The notes: generated from the sequence alone by a model not told the origin. A DNA stretch of 64,000 nucleotides from an uncultured Candidatus Micrarchaeota archaeon (GCA_963804385.1 CAWDQD010000004.1:5107-69106); one strand, 5' to 3'; positions 35,923-46,309 are shown, numbered from the stretch's first letter. Numbers and translations are program-made.

Positions 35923-37725
35923 CTATCCACCTGTGAGCAGCGTCTCTGAAAGCGAGTTGAACCCCTTGCGGGTCTCTCCTATCACGATGCGGGGCGTGTC
36001 TTTTTCGTCATCCAGTTTGAAGACCCTGATCTTCCCGCTATACTCGTTTAGTTCCTGCGCGAAGCCCTGCGTGAGCACGATCGTGGCCCGGTTTAGTTCG
36101 GCCCGTTCCTCGAAAAGCTGGAGCACCTCGTTCAGGTTGGCGATGCCCCCATCTGTGAAAAGAACGACATCGAGCGATTTGGCCGAGAACGCGTTCTCGA
36201 TATGCCCCATGGAGATGGCGACCTCTTTCTTCATGAATTCGCGCCCGAGATACCTGAGGTCCCTCTCCGGATTTTCACCATACAACCTAGCTGCTTCAGG
36301 CCCGAGCATCTTCCTTATCATTTCCACATCGGTAACTGTTCCGCCGCCCTGGAATGCGCTTATCGCCCCGAGAGCCGAGTCCAGATCCCTGGTGTAGGGG
36401 AGGTAGAACGAGCTTCCGCTGAAGTTTATCACACCTACCTTGGTTTCCTGCAGATGATAGGAACGCGCAACGCAAAAACCGCCCAAGACCGCGTAGGATT
36501 TCAGTTGCTTCGGGTCAGGCATGCTCCCGCTGCTGTCTATGACGACCAGCAGGTGCGGGACCTTGTAATCCGTTGTCTGGATAGGCCGCTCGGTTATCCT
36601 AACCTTCCTGGTGATGCCCGGGAGAAGCAGGCCTCCGGAGCTTCCTGGCAATGCGAGATCCGAATCCGTCCCTGGCCTCCATCTCTCGGTATCGCTCCAA
36701 GCTCGAGCCTTGCCCTCTGTATCGAGAAGCTTCTTCGTCGTGATGATCGGGTATTTCCTAGACAGTTCTTTGTAGTATTCGATGACTTCGGGGTCTATCT
36801 TGAGCTCTCCTTCCGAAGTTCCGATCGATCGGATTCCTGATCCGGAGGCTGGGACTTCCGCGCCTTTGGTTTTGAGCCATTTCACGAAGCGTTCGCGTTC
36901 GCCTTTGGTCAGTTTGTATGAAACCTCCCTCAATGCGTCTTTGATCTCTGAGGGTGTGGTATTCCTCAATGTTTCGTCCACATCCCCGTCTTTGGGGACT
37001 CCGATTCCCAAACCGAGTTTTCCGCAGCCACCTTTAGGGGCGTATTTTTCCATCATATCCAGGATTATGTGCCCGAAAGTGAACACCCCTTGGCGCATCT
37101 TCTCATGATCCACATTGAGGAAATCCACCTCCTTCATCTTTTCGAAGTACGGCGCCAGCTCCTCAAGCAACTCATAATCTCGTCCGGCCTGAAAATGGAG
37201 GAATTTGAGCATCACAGACCGGACATTGCGGTTAAGCTCATCGTCGTATGTTGTCTGGATCGAATTCCTCATATCCATGATCGCGGATGTCCGCTGCTCC
37301 TGCAGGACAGCAGCCGTATCGTTGGCCATATCCATATACGTCTGCAATATGAACCCACGGGTACCATCTCCGCTATTTCCTTGAAGGATTCTCTCCTTGG
37401 GGGTAAGGTTCTCCTTGGTGAGTCTGCTTTTGTGGAACAGGTTATCGATCATGTACGCTGCAAGGAGAAGAGTCGCCAGATCCCTGGGGAACACCATGTA
37501 ATGACCGATCTCATGGGCATATATCCCTTCGAGCATGTTATCGACCGGAAGTCCGCTCACCTTGACGGCGTTCTCTACGAAACTCGTGTCGACAAGCACG
37601 GCGTTCTTCTTGAAATCGTAGCATGCGCCGCCATTGAATCCGCCTTTCACGAATTCCGGCTCCCGGACCCCAGGGTAATGGAACCAGCCCCTAACCTTAT
37701 CCCAGGTCTTTCTGCCGTCATCCAT
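35923..37725 (-). CDS. HExxH metallopeptidase-like + VWA domain protein (DUF2201/COG3864-type)
   Basis: The N-terminal part has YAHEIGHYM (HExxH). The C-terminal VWA domain has an intact MIDAS: VVIDSSGSMPDP, GGGT and VLFTDGG. Confidence 0.85.
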   Translation of the reverse strand: MDDGRKTWDKVRGWFHYPGVREPEFVKGGFNGGACYDFKKNAVLVDTSFVENAVKVSGLPVDNMLEGIYAHEIGHYMVFPRDLATLLLAAYMIDNLFHKSRLTKENLTPKERILQGNSGDGTRGFILQTYMDMANDTAAVLQEQRTSAIMDMRNSIQTTYDDELNRNVRSVMLKFLHFQAGRDYELLEELAPYFEKMKEVDFLNVDHEKMRQGVFTFGHIILDMMEKYAPKGGCGKLGLGIGVPKDGDVDETLRNTTPSEIKDALREVSYKLTKGERERFVKWLKTKGAEVPASGSGIRSIGTSEGELKIDPEVIEYYKELSRKYPIITTKKLLDTEGKARAWSDTERWRPGTDSDLALPGSSGGLLLPGITRKVRITERPIQTTDYKVPHLLVVIDSSGSMPDPKQLKSYAVLGGFCVARSYHLQETKVGVINFSGSSFYLPYTRDLDSALGAISAFQGGGTVTDVEMIRKMLGPEAARLYGENPERDLRYLGREFMKKEVAISMGHIENAFSAKSLDVVLFTDGGIANLNEVLQLFEERAELNRATIVLTQGFAQELNEYSGKIRVFKLDDEKDTPRIVIGETRKGFNSLSETLLTGG

Positions 37726-37749
37726 AACCCATCACGTTCATTGCTGTGA

Positions 37750-39105
37750 TCAGATTTTTTCGTAGAATGCCCCCTCGGGCGCCTTGTATTGGCGAATCAT
37801 GTCTTGCATCAATGGGTGGTCAAATTGGTTGCCAGCTTGGATGGAAGCGAGATCTGCTTGAGTGAGAGTCCTGGACTGTATCCTTGCTATGAAATTCTTC
37901 ATAGGCTGGATGCACTGCCCATATCGGAGGTGCACCTCTTGGACGAGTACTTTCGCCAGGTCTATCGATTGGCTATCCCCTTCGACGCGCTTGTCCCCAT
38001 GGGCATCCTTATAATCGTCAGTGAAGCCCGCTTTATGGGCGATTATATATGGAAGCACGTAACGGACATGATCGATTGAAACATCCTGCTGCAGGAACCA
38101 TGCCAGCGCCTTCGAATACGCCATAGCTGCCATCATGCTCCTCGGGCTGAAGCTGTGCTTCACGCAGATGCCCGCATACGTCTTATCGTGCGTGTCATCG
38201 CTTATGGGATCCGAGACGCGTTTGTAGCCGTATTTTTCCGAGAAATTTATCTCTGCTGCGAAAGCCTGCAGGAAAAGCATCGCGTCGTTGCCGTTCTTGG
38301 TCATATCCATCCCGTATATCTCTTTCTGCACATCTGCTTTTTCTTCAGCAGTCAAATAGCCGGCTATCGGCCTGTTCTTCAGGTACGCTGAGAATTGGGC
38401 ATACTCCTTTGAAAGCTCCTTGAGCGCATCTCCGACATAATCCGGCTTGCACAGTTCGCTATTGACAGCCTGCCTCGCCCCATCAAGATCGAACATCAAT
38501 AATGTGCTGAGCGGAACCTGCTCCGTGACGATGTCGAGCCGGTCTTTTAGCGCCGGCAGGAATCCGTTTTCATGGTTCCCGGTCCTTTCGTTCATGGTCG
38601 CGAATGTGGGTTTTTTCCCTTCATAGAGAGAATGGTTCATATAGTTCCATCTGCCCGTGTCTATGCCTTGGAGTATGACGTCCTGGGAATCGAGCGGAAG
38701 ACGGTTCGCCTCGTCGATCATCATGACTGAAAGGGCGAATGAACCTTGCCATATGATCGATTCCTCGCCGGTCGCCAATCTTCCATAATGCGGCCTTGCG
38801 ACGATCTTCTCCTCGTATTTCTGCGGGTGGCCTCGGACCTCAAGCGCATCGTAAAGGTCGTATGGGAGCCCGGAGAGCTTGGATGCTAGTATCTTCGCTC
38901 CGGTGGTCTTTCCCCATCCTGGCTCGCCTACGAGGAGATGGTTCTTGTCGAGAAGATAGGTGAGCGCCATGAAGACGAGATTCTTGGGCATTACACGGTC
39001 TGCTGTCGGACCTTCGCTAAGAGGAGCGAAGTGGAATTTAGTCGTTATCTCGCTTAACGCTTGATAAACTTTAGTTCGGGGATCCATCTCTTTTGCTTTA
39101 GCCAT
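37750..39105 (-). CDS. MoxR-like AAA+ ATPase
   Basis: It carries Walker A LLVGEPGWGKTT, Walker B VMMIDEANRL, sensor-1 FATMNE, LKDRLDI, and sensor-2 region SFSPRSMMAAMAYSKALA. Confidence 0.85.
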   Translation of the reverse strand: MAKAKEMDPRTKVYQALSEITTKFHFAPLSEGPTADRVMPKNLVFMALTYLLDKNHLLVGEPGWGKTTGAKILASKLSGLPYDLYDALEVRGHPQKYEEKIVARPHYGRLATGEESIIWQGSFALSVMMIDEANRLPLDSQDVILQGIDTGRWNYMNHSLYEGKKPTFATMNERTGNHENGFLPALKDRLDIVTEQVPLSTLLMFDLDGARQAVNSELCKPDYVGDALKELSKEYAQFSAYLKNRPIAGYLTAEEKADVQKEIYGMDMTKNGNDAMLFLQAFAAEINFSEKYGYKRVSDPISDDTHDKTYAGICVKHSFSPRSMMAAMAYSKALAWFLQQDVSIDHVRYVLPYIIAHKAGFTDDYKDAHGDKRVEGDSQSIDLAKVLVQEVHLRYGQCIQPMKNFIARIQSRTLTQADLASIQAGNQFDHPLMQDMIRQYKAPEGAFYEKI

Positions 39106-39185
39106 ATGTCCACCTAGTAATATGTGGTTCTTGATGTGCTTGAAAGTATTTATAAACAGTGTGTTTTATGATGGAAAAAAATAGA

Positions 39186-39629
39186 TTATGAATAGATGTC
39201 GGTGATATCCCTTCCGGAGCCGCCTTTCAGCTTCATCTTCATCGCTACGTAAGACGGGAATGGTTCGCGGCGGTCCAATCTGTTGGAAAGGGCCTCGTAG
39301 ACATCGCACATGCACAATCGATCGTCATCCGTCTGCACGAGCGGCCTCATCTCGGGGTGCTCACGGACTATCTGGGCATACGAATCCTTGAAGAGGGCGA
39401 ATTTGACTACATCGTAAAGCGCATTGGCCTGCTTATTGTCCATCAATGACAATGTGCCTGTGAACGCTTCCTCCCCTAGATTCCACGCGGATCTGATCCT
39501 GAGCCAGTTTTTCCGGACGTCAGGTGTTATCACTGCCTTTGCCGGAGCTGGTTTAGCCGTCGTAGCGGATTTATCAGGGACTTTCTTCCCGTCCTTATTC
39601 GCTTTTTCCTGCGCCAAGATCGTCACCAT
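39186..39629 (-). CDS. hypothetical protein, first gene of the MoxR/VWA operon
   Basis: The N-terminus is Lys/Ala/Pro-rich, the remainder is predicted helical, and no family is recognised. Confidence 0.5.
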   Translation of the reverse strand: MVTILAQEKANKDGKKVPDKSATTAKPAPAKAVITPDVRKNWLRIRSAWNLGEEAFTGTLSLMDNKQANALYDVVKFALFKDSYAQIVREHPEMRPLVQTDDDRLCMCDVYEALSNRLDRREPFPSYVAMKMKLKGGSGRDITDIYS

Positions 39630-39737
39630 GCCTATGTTCCACGACTATCTTTAAACATCATTCGCTGGACAGGAAAGTTTCTGATACAAAGATATATAAA
39701 TGACTTCATCGCGTAGAATATCAAACAATAGGAAAAA

Positions 39738-40032
39738 GGAGGTGTAGCAAATGGAAAACAGCAACATATCGAATCTGCCGTGTTCTACTCATTTTATGCG
39801 CCTTTGCTACACCGTCATCGCAAAGTGGCGTGCGAATTTGTAGGAGCTAAGGGACCCTAAAAAAAGGGTGTGACGCCCGAAACTCCTGCGCCCGGAAAAA
39901 ACGCGGACAGAAATTCCGTGTTAGGGGATTTAGCGATAACATCATGGGTGCTTGCCGTCGGGCTTTGCCCCATGATACCTACAGCGGTTGACTGACAGGG
40001 AAACCTGCGGTCATATCCCTTGCATCAAGGGA
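39738..40032 (+). ncRNA. structured intergenic segment (candidate leader or small RNA)
   Basis: Several inverted repeats are present: GGTGTAGCAAA (39741-39751) with TTTGCTACACC (39803-39813); ATCATGGG (39941-39948) with CCCATGAT (39969-39976); CAGG-GAAA-CCTG (39996-40007); and TCCCTTG-cat-CAAGGGA (40016-40032). The strand and the boundaries are not established. Confidence 0.3.
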
Positions 40033-40047
40033 AAACCGGTGATTTAA

Positions 40048-40311
40048 GTGGTTGAATTCGAGGTTCCCGATGGGCCTGAGGCCCCGGAGCCAGGAGAGGA
40101 GAGGATAGTAGTAGACGACGAGGATATGGAGTTCGTAGCCCACAAGAGGGGGCGGCCGAAGAAGCTCCAGGGCCCCGAGGTCCTGGAGAAGCTCGTCCAG
40201 ATGTATTTCGTGGAGCGGATGTCCATGAGAGAGGTCGCGGACAATCTCGGCGTCTCGCACATGAGCGTCTATCGTATGCTCAACGATCCGGCCATCGAGC
40301 TGCTCATCTGA
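40048..40311 (+). CDS. small helix-turn-helix DNA-binding protein
   Basis: The C-terminal MSMREVADNLGVSHMSVYRML is HTH-like, the N-terminus is acidic, and the start is a GTG. Confidence 0.6.
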   Translation: MVEFEVPDGPEAPEPGEERIVVDDEDMEFVAHKRGRPKKLQGPEVLEKLVQMYFVERMSMREVADNLGVSHMSVYRMLNDPAIELLI

Positions 40312-40312
40312 G

Positions 40313-40347
40313 TACGGCAAGGCGACCGTATTTCTTTTTATTTTTTT
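40313..40347 (+). terminator. hairpin TACGG-n8-CCGTA followed by a long T-tract
   Basis: It lies directly after the stop of the HTH gene, and the T-rich run is tttctttttattttttt. Confidence 0.55.
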
Positions 40348-40364
40348 CCATCTTCTTCCAAGCT

Positions 40365-40724
40365 ATGATGCAAGATACACCTACGCCACTTCCAAGATCA
40401 ACGCCTCTTGGACGGGTGGGACCCGGCCCGTTTCAACGGAGAGCACCGATGGGCCATACCAAGGACCCGATCCAAGAAATCGTAGGGAGATGCCTGAAAG
40501 ACGGCGTTACCGACACCATAGGCATGCGTTACAAGGTATTTTTGGCCCAGGGGGTTACGGTAGCAGCGCTAATGGATTTCGCCCGAAGAATCTGCATCGG
40601 AAATGAATCCGATTATGATTTGATGAGGGATGCCCTGAGCAAAAAGATGGTCACCATGGTGTGCGTTCCGAAACCCAGGGATCCTGAACCTCAAGTGACT
40701 CATTTCAGGAGCGGCAGGAAATGA
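40365..40724 (+). CDS. hypothetical protein
   Basis: This is only an ORF. A possible later start is MGHTKDP. Confidence 0.4.
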   Translation: MMQDTPTPLPRSTPLGRVGPGPFQRRAPMGHTKDPIQEIVGRCLKDGVTDTIGMRYKVFLAQGVTVAALMDFARRICIGNESDYDLMRDALSKKMVTMVCVPKPRDPEPQVTHFRSGRK

Positions 40725-40727
40725 GAT

Positions 40728-41303
40728 TCATCGGTCCTGGTGCCTGTAACTTCCTCCCTGGATGGAAGCGACCGTGAGAGCGTCCCTTATCTTTCCGTTG
40801 AGGTTGCCGGCGCACTCGCTGTCGGAACCAACTATCCGGAGCATGGGAATCGATTTCGTGATCACTAGAGCCGAGGAGCCATTCACCTTGAAATCCACTG
40901 GCACGAGCTGTTTACCATCCACATCGAATCTGACTATGCCGTGATTGTAGCCTTCGGCTGTTTTGGAATCGTACATGAACCCGATTGAGACACCAAGCTG
41001 GGCTTCCAGCTCGGCATGTTTCGGAGTGTAGCGGAGCAGTGTCGTCGCGAATGTCATCGTATCCGGAGTCTTGTCGACAAGCTCGAGACCGCCATCCTCG
41101 GAGCAGAGACGATCTATGTTGCGCTCGGTCTGACTGGAACCGATCTTGGCCGATACGATGCCGAGGCCAACGAGCGCCGCGACTCCGACGCCTACATAAA
41201 CAGGAAACCGGTTGGGTCTATCGACCATTGGCGAAAGCGCCTTCAGCTCGTTTTTCCTCCTCCGCTCTTCTCTCGCCGTCTGGCTGAAATAGCTAAGTTT
41301 CAT
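40728..41303 (-). CDS. hypothetical membrane-anchored protein
   Basis: One N-terminal TM helix (VYVGVGVAALVGLGIVSA) is predicted, with a beta-rich ectodomain. Confidence 0.5.
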   Translation of the reverse strand: MKLSYFSQTAREERRRKNELKALSPMVDRPNRFPVYVGVGVAALVGLGIVSAKIGSSQTERNIDRLCSEDGGLELVDKTPDTMTFATTLLRYTPKHAELEAQLGVSIGFMYDSKTAEGYNHGIVRFDVDGKQLVPVDFKVNGSSALVITKSIPMLRIVGSDSECAGNLNGKIRDALTVASIQGGSYRHQDR

Positions 41304-41414
41304 GATTATATACTATATCAAACTATTTATAAATATACTTGCTTTCCTATATTTTACCACATAAATGCCAAACAAAACGCACCAGAAATGCGACGCTTGT
41401 GCTGGGGAAAAGAA

Positions 41415-42173
41415 TCAGCTTTCCGTGCCGCCCAAAGCGCGTATCTGTTCTGCCTCGGCGCTTCTCAATGACTCGAAATGCTGCCTGACCAATTCGGGAA
41501 GGCTCTGGAAGAGTTCAAGCGCGCTCTTATCCCTGGAGATGACACCCTTGATCTGATTTCTTAAGGATTCGTCATGTCTTCTTTCAACAGAACCGTCGTG
41601 CATCGCATCCTTATCTCGTTTATCTTCTTTACATACATTGCGTAGGACAATCACGGTCAATCCAGTGAATATGGCGGCAACTGAAGCGATTACAATCGAA
41701 ACGGGGCGCTGCCAATCGAGTATCGATGTTGTGGTGGCTCCGACTGTCGCCGATGCTCCAAGCGCTGTCCAAAAACCGGCGATAAGCTTGGTGTTGGATG
41801 GCGGGCATCGAGGGACCGGATAAGAGATACTAAGGCCATCGAGCGACCACTCGTTTTTCAGCCGCTTTTCCAAAGGCCGGGGATCAAGAGTGCAGCTGTC
41901 CTTCTCTATGTCCAGCACTCCACCGTTGGCGAGGTCAAGCCTTACATCACGCACACCATATCCCGGCAACGCAGCGCTGACCGCTTTCATGATCTCGAGG
42001 ACTTCCGCGGACCTCTGGTCCAGCAGCTGATCATGCCTCTCTCGCGCAACCGAAAGTTGCATAGCGACAGGCACTGCTGCTGAGATGGATTGCTCAACCA
42101 GGGGGGAAATAACGGGTTTTCTCTGAGAGGATTGAATTCCAGAAGACGGTACTTGCCGCGACTTAAATGTCAT
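41415..42173 (-). CDS. hypothetical membrane protein
   Basis: I moved the start to the ATG at 42173 so that the ORF does not run into the 16S processing stem. Two TM helices are predicted near the C-terminus. Confidence 0.45.
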   Translation of the reverse strand: MTFKSRQVPSSGIQSSQRKPVISPLVEQSISAAVPVAMQLSVARERHDQLLDQRSAEVLEIMKAVSAALPGYGVRDVRLDLANGGVLDIEKDSCTLDPRPLEKRLKNEWSLDGLSISYPVPRCPPSNTKLIAGFWTALGASATVGATTTSILDWQRPVSIVIASVAAIFTGLTVIVLRNVCKEDKRDKDAMHDGSVERRHDESLRNQIKGVISRDKSALELFQSLPELVRQHFESLRSAEAEQIRALGGTES

Positions 42174-42232
42174 AGTAGGACATTTGAAGGAACAAAATAA
42201 AAATATATGGCTCGCGCTAGGGAAAATGAGAA

Positions 42233-42262
42233 GACTCACGCTTCAATTAGAGTTGATTCGAT
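42233..42262 (-). other. 3' strand of the pre-16S rRNA processing helix
   Basis: GACTCACGCTTCAA (42233-42246) and TTGATTCGAT (42253-42262) are exact complements of 43921-43934 and 43907-43916. They are separated by a 6-nt non-pairing insert on one side and a 4-nt insert on the other. Confidence 0.75.
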
Positions 42263-42344
42263 TGTTTAAAGGACATGTTATTATTGCATGTCGCGTACCT
42301 CGCACACTGCTTCCTCGATCTCCGACGTGTGAGTCAGAAATTTT

Positions 42345-43836
<1,492 letters not shown>

Positions 43837-43906
43837 TGTGGTTTCATTTATTTATCCACGACTAATTGGTACGATCAATTCCTTTCAGGAACTGACTTCT
43901 ACTTGC

Positions 43907-43934
43907 ATCGAATCAATAGCTCTTGAAGCGTGAG
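43907..43934 (-). other. 5' strand of the pre-16S rRNA processing helix
   Basis: It is complementary to 42233-42262 (see that entry). Confidence 0.75.
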
Positions 43935-44157
43935 TCAAACCTATGAGCGATAGGTTTCCATTTGAGATGACGCATCGTGGCATGTATGCCACACGCGCAG
44001 GGATATATAACGATACACGTATTTATAAAGCTTCCGTGCCTTCGACGATGAAAACGTCGATAATATTGAAGCACGGATGTTTGGTCTGCGGACGGATTTT
44101 TCGTCCGTGACCGAAAGATATGGCAGAGTATATATTAATAGCCGCACGAATCCTTCC

Positions 44158-44745
44158 ATGGAAGAAGAGAAGGTCGTGCTCGACCGCAAGAGCTTCGAAG
44201 CCCTCGCGGTGGACACACGGGTCCGCATCCTCAAATCCCTCAAGCAGAGGAGGAAAACCCTCTCGGAGATAGCGCAGGAGATGAAGATGTCCGTCTCGGG
44301 CGTGAAAGAGCATCTCGAGACCCTGGAAGGCGCGGACCTGGTTAAGAAAATGGATGACGGCCACAAATGGAAATACTACGAATTGACGAAGAAAGGCGCG
44401 GACCTGGTGGCTCCGAAAGAGCTCCGAGTATGGGTCGTGCTCTCGATCGCGATGATAGCGTTGATTATCTCCATGCTTTCGGTCATTCCTTCTCCTTCTA
44501 TAGAAAACCAAGCGTCCGGGGTAGTGGCGCCTATGGCGTATACGCCTTCGATACAGGCTCGAAATGGAGTGATGGCAGGAGCTTCGGACAATTCTTCAGC
44601 GGCGACCACGGACGTGGGAAGCGCCCCGATAGAAACTGCAGGCCTGCAGCAGGACGATTCGATCCCCTTGCTGGTCGGAGGCATAAGCGTCCTCACGGTA
44701 CTCGCATGCCTCGGGATCCTCGCCATGAACCGGTTCAAGAGATGA
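44158..44745 (+). CDS. ArsR-family winged-HTH regulator fused to two C-terminal TM helices
   Basis: The wHTH is RVRILKSLKQRRKTLSEIAQEMKMSVSGVKEHLETLEGADLV. It is followed by VWVVLSIAMIALIISMLSVI and LLVGGISVLTVLACLGILAM. A TATA-like tatatattaata lies about 20 nt upstream of the ATG. Confidence 0.8.
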   Translation: MEEEKVVLDRKSFEALAVDTRVRILKSLKQRRKTLSEIAQEMKMSVSGVKEHLETLEGADLVKKMDDGHKWKYYELTKKGADLVAPKELRVWVVLSIAMIALIISMLSVIPSPSIENQASGVVAPMAYTPSIQARNGVMAGASDNSSAATTDVGSAPIETAGLQQDDSIPLLVGGISVLTVLACLGILAMNRFKR

Positions 44746-44775
44746 TTTATAATATTTCACCGCCACGCTTAGCAT

Positions 44776-45666
44776 ATGACCGAGCTCAAGGTGAATGCTC
44801 CCGATTTCGTTGGGATCAAGGAGTGGATAAATTCCAAGCCCCTGACGATAGATGAGCTGAAGGGGAAAGTGGTGCTCATAGATTTCTGGACCTACACATG
44901 CATAAATTGCATCAGGACATTGCCGTATCTGAAAAGATGGCACGAGAAATACGCGAAATCCGGCCTGGTGATAATCGGCGTCCATTCCCCGGAATTCGGA
45001 TTCGAGAAAGATGTCGAGAATGTCCGCAAAGCCGTCAAGGACCTCGGGATCCAATATGCTGTCGCGGTCGACAGCGACCAGGAGACCTGGGACGCTTACG
45101 CCAACAAATACTGGCCTTCGAAATATCTCATCGATAAGGACGGGTATGTGGCGTTGGTCCATAACGGCGAAGGCGACTATTCCGAAATAGAGAAGCGGAT
45201 CCAGGACGCCCTCGGCGTCAAAGGCAAGTCTGAAAACGAGGTATACCAGGTATACATGAACGACCAGAGCCCGGAGACATACACCGGGGTGCTGAAGAAC
45301 CTCGGCCTCGGTTCAGGGCTCGCCTGCGACAAAGACGGATGCAATGTCTATGTGGATCCGGATTACCATGAACGCGATGTGATATATCCGAACGGGCAAT
45401 GGGAGCAGGAAACGGATTGCCTCGAGCTCAAGAAAGCGCCCGGGCAGTTGACCTACCGTTTCAGCGCACGGCAGGTGAATGTGGTGATGGGTCCGATCGG
45501 AGATGCCGTTTCAGCCCAGATAATGGTGGACGGGAAGAAGACGAGCTCGATAAAAGTGGATCGCTACCGCATGTACACCTTGTATGAAGAGAAGAAGTAT
45601 TCCGAGCACGAGATCACGATATTCTTCGACGGGCTCGTGAAAGTGTATGCTTACACATTCGGATGA
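44776..45666 (+). CDS. thioredoxin-fold redoxin with C-terminal beta-sandwich (DipZ C-terminal-like)
   Basis: The CxxC active site is FWTYTCINCIRTLP, and a second domain of about 150 aa follows. Confidence 0.8.
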   Translation: MTELKVNAPDFVGIKEWINSKPLTIDELKGKVVLIDFWTYTCINCIRTLPYLKRWHEKYAKSGLVIIGVHSPEFGFEKDVENVRKAVKDLGIQYAVAVDSDQETWDAYANKYWPSKYLIDKDGYVALVHNGEGDYSEIEKRIQDALGVKGKSENEVYQVYMNDQSPETYTGVLKNLGLGSGLACDKDGCNVYVDPDYHERDVIYPNGQWEQETDCLELKKAPGQLTYRFSARQVNVVMGPIGDAVSAQIMVDGKKTSSIKVDRYRMYTLYEEKKYSEHEITIFFDGLVKVYAYTFG

Positions 45667-46271
45667 TTCGCGTTGATTGCGGCCAAGCGCTGGATTATAG
45701 TGACCAAAGATAGCGCGGAAGCCAGGATGATGGCATATACGAAGTACTGCATCGAGAACAATATGCCGACAGCGAGCCCGATTATGACCAGCCCCAACCG
45801 TTCGCTCCGCTCGAACAATCCGCCAAGCGCGTTAGCTTCTTCGCGCTTCATCACTCCTTTGTGGTCAGCGTAAGCGCGGATGAACGACGGCATGCACGTC
45901 CCCAGGAAAACGAGTGATGCGAGCCAGATTCTCGGATCTATCCCGAGGACTGTTGGAAGCGGGACGAACATGAACGAGAAGAGGAAAACCGCTTCCACGA
46001 ACCTGTCGATGACTCCATCCAAAAACCCTCCGAATGCGCTCGTTTCTTTCCGCGCGCGGGCCACAGCGCCATCCACCACATCCATCATCCCGGCCAGGGC
46101 GAAAAGGGCCAGGCCAAGGGGAAGGTCACCAAAAAGAACGATTCGGATGCTGGCCACAAGAGCGGTAAAGAATGATAGGATCGTCCATTGGTTCGGGGTG
46201 AGCGGTATGATCGCAAGCGCACCGCCTATGGATGACTGCAACCCTCGGGCGGTATTATCCTGTTTGAGCAT
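45651..46271 (-). CDS. CDP-alcohol phosphatidyltransferase family protein
   Basis: The signature D-G-x2-A-R-x8-G-x3-D-x3-D is seen as DVVDGAVARARKETSAFGGFLDGVIDRF, in a polytopic membrane protein. Confidence 0.85.
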   Translation of the reverse strand: MLKQDNTARGLQSSIGGALAIIPLTPNQWTILSFFTALVASIRIVLFGDLPLGLALFALAGMMDVVDGAVARARKETSAFGGFLDGVIDRFVEAVFLFSFMFVPLPTVLGIDPRIWLASLVFLGTCMPSFIRAYADHKGVMKREEANALGGLFERSERLGLVIIGLAVGILFSMQYFVYAIILASALSLVTIIQRLAAINANHPNV

Positions 46272-46309
46272 TGCTGGATATTCTTTGGATAATATTAAAA
46301 ACAGCGGAA

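Noticed and set aside
39630-40047. Possibility that the structured spacer is RNase P RNA or SRP RNA
   Set aside because: I could not find the universally conserved blocks (for example GAGGAAAGTCC for RNase P). Only loose resemblances such as ACAGAAA are present, and the segment is too short for SRP RNA.
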